Shown: positions 63,118-64,000 of the stretch, one piece after another
How positions within the stretch are numbered: position 1 is the stretch's first letter
Layout of the letters: the number at the start of each line of letters is the position of its first letter
Notes under the pieces: model-generated
The model's database searches: none
The model's input: the letters and a program-made list of their open reading frames with translations, nothing else
Told to the model about the DNA's origin: nothing
Assembly: GCA_900553835.1 (NCBI GenBank)
Contig: USFF01000001.1
Coordinates: 1,568-65,567 of the forward strand
Reading direction: 5' to 3'
DNA length: 64,000 nt
Source of the DNA: an uncultured Mycoplasmatota bacterium
Lineage (GTDB): Bacteria > Bacillota_I > Bacilli_A > RF39 > UBA660
Position numbers and translations under genes: made by a program

Positions 63118-63750
63118 ATGAAAAAGATAATAATATTTATAATGACTTTTATAATAGGAATAAATGTAGTAAATGCAGATTGCTCTGATTATGAAGAAAT
63201 AGCAAAAGATATTTCATATAACGTATTAAGTTATTTTAATTCTGAAGATGTTAACACTAGAATAGATATAAATAATTTACCTAGTGATATGTATTTAGAA
63301 GTGAGAAATAGTTTTAATAGTGATAAAGATATTTATAAATATGAAGATACCGACAGTGGTAATTTCTTCTTTTATACTAAAACAGTACATAGAAAAATAA
63401 ACTATGAAATAAGAGTTTATACAACTGACAGTAGTTGTCCTAATAAAGTATTAAGGACAATTAAATTTACAACTCCTAAATATAATCCGCATATTACAAG
63501 TGAATTATGTGTAGGGTATTATGATAAAGTAAAATATTGTGATGCTTTTTATGATATAAAAGATATGGATTTAGATAAATTTAATAAATTAGTTAGTGAA
63601 GAAATATCGAAAATAAAAGTAGAAAATATGACTACTTTAGATTATGTAAAAAAATATTACTTATTTGCTTTAATTCCGTTTTTGATAATTTCAGGAATTT
63701 ATATAACTAAAATTGTATTAGTTAAAAGGAGGAAAAAGAAGTATGTTTAA
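63118..63750 (+). CDS. secreted/C-terminally TM-anchored Cys-containing protein, paralogue family member 2
   Basis: Same architecture and conserved Cys positions as 62420-63061. Confidence 0.55.
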   Translation: MKKIIIFIMTFIIGINVVNADCSDYEEIAKDISYNVLSYFNSEDVNTRIDINNLPSDMYLEVRNSFNSDKDIYKYEDTDSGNFFFYTKTVHRKINYEIRVYTTDSSCPNKVLRTIKFTTPKYNPHITSELCVGYYDKVKYCDAFYDIKDMDLDKFNKLVSEEISKIKVENMTTLDYVKKYYLFALIPFLIISGIYITKIVLVKRRKKKYV

Positions 63751-64000
63751 GAAGTATTATAGTTTTTTAATATTATTAGTAGTTATGTTGTTTCCCACTA
63801 GTATATTTGCACTTCAGGATAGTTATAGTATTACATTAAGCGGTAATTATGGTTACTACTGGGCTAATTATAACTGGGTTGCAAGTGGTGGGGAAAGTGA
63901 TTATTTAGCAAGTTTTCAACGTGCTGGTAAAAGTAATTTGAAATGTGATGAAAGCGATAAAGCTAACTGGTATTATAAATCAACTGCTGTTATTAAAATG
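63743..64000 (+). CDS. secreted hypothetical protein (partial, continues beyond the window)
   Basis: The ATG overlaps the upstream stop. The signal peptide is MFKKYYSFLILLVVMLFPTSIFA. Confidence 0.5.
   Translation, partial: MFKKYYSFLILLVVMLFPTSIFALQDSYSITLSGNYGYYWANYNWVASGGESDYLASFQRAGKSNLKCDESDKANWYYKSTAVIKM

Overview
The window is visibly AT-rich and uses genetic code 11 (TGA is a stop). It looks like a spore-forming Firmicutes chromosome with Bacilli/Erysipelotrichia-like synteny. The housekeeping backbone includes ybeY-cdd-era-(yqzL-like)-recO, priA-fmt, gpsB followed by type-B RNase P RNA, rodZ-like-pgsA, cysS-argS, glmS ribozyme-glmS, a Y-family polymerase with YolD, miaB, cotE, and rpsP with a KH-domain gene. 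Accessory content interrupts this backbone in five places. (1) 15.7-18.5 kb is a compact operon: a 22-codon ORF, a hairpin, an MccB/PaaA-like ThiF-family adenylyltransferase with an N-terminal peptide-recognition-like extension, and an overlapping ABC-F ATPase. I consider this the best candidate for an undescribed peptide-modification (RiPP-like) system. (2) and (3) are two related small integrative mobilizable elements, each with a small protein, a large serine recombinase and a MobV relaxase. One lies beside tRNA-Gly(GCC) at about 25.6-33.3 kb and carries an RloC-like AAA_13 putative anticodon nuclease, next to a start-less AlbA_2/HATPase_c_4 gene. The other lies beside tRNA-Ala(UGC) at about 43.8-48.7 kb. 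(4) 39.0-43.7 kb is a five-gene minus-strand operon bracketed by two collagen-like proteins with BclA/C1q-like heads, probably spore-surface. (5) 57.5-64 kb holds a class-B sortase with a long N-terminal extension and an NPNTG substrate, then an orphan HerA/DUF87 ATPase diverging from paralogous secreted Cys-containing proteins. There are several pseudogenes or fragments (DUF1016, polysaccharide deacetylase, AlbA_2 gene). No CRISPR array or rRNA was seen. Coordinates follow the supplied ORF track, so the stop codon is included. Some starts were moved to an internal ATG with a better Shine-Dalgarno. All homology calls come from motif recognition by eye, not from searches.
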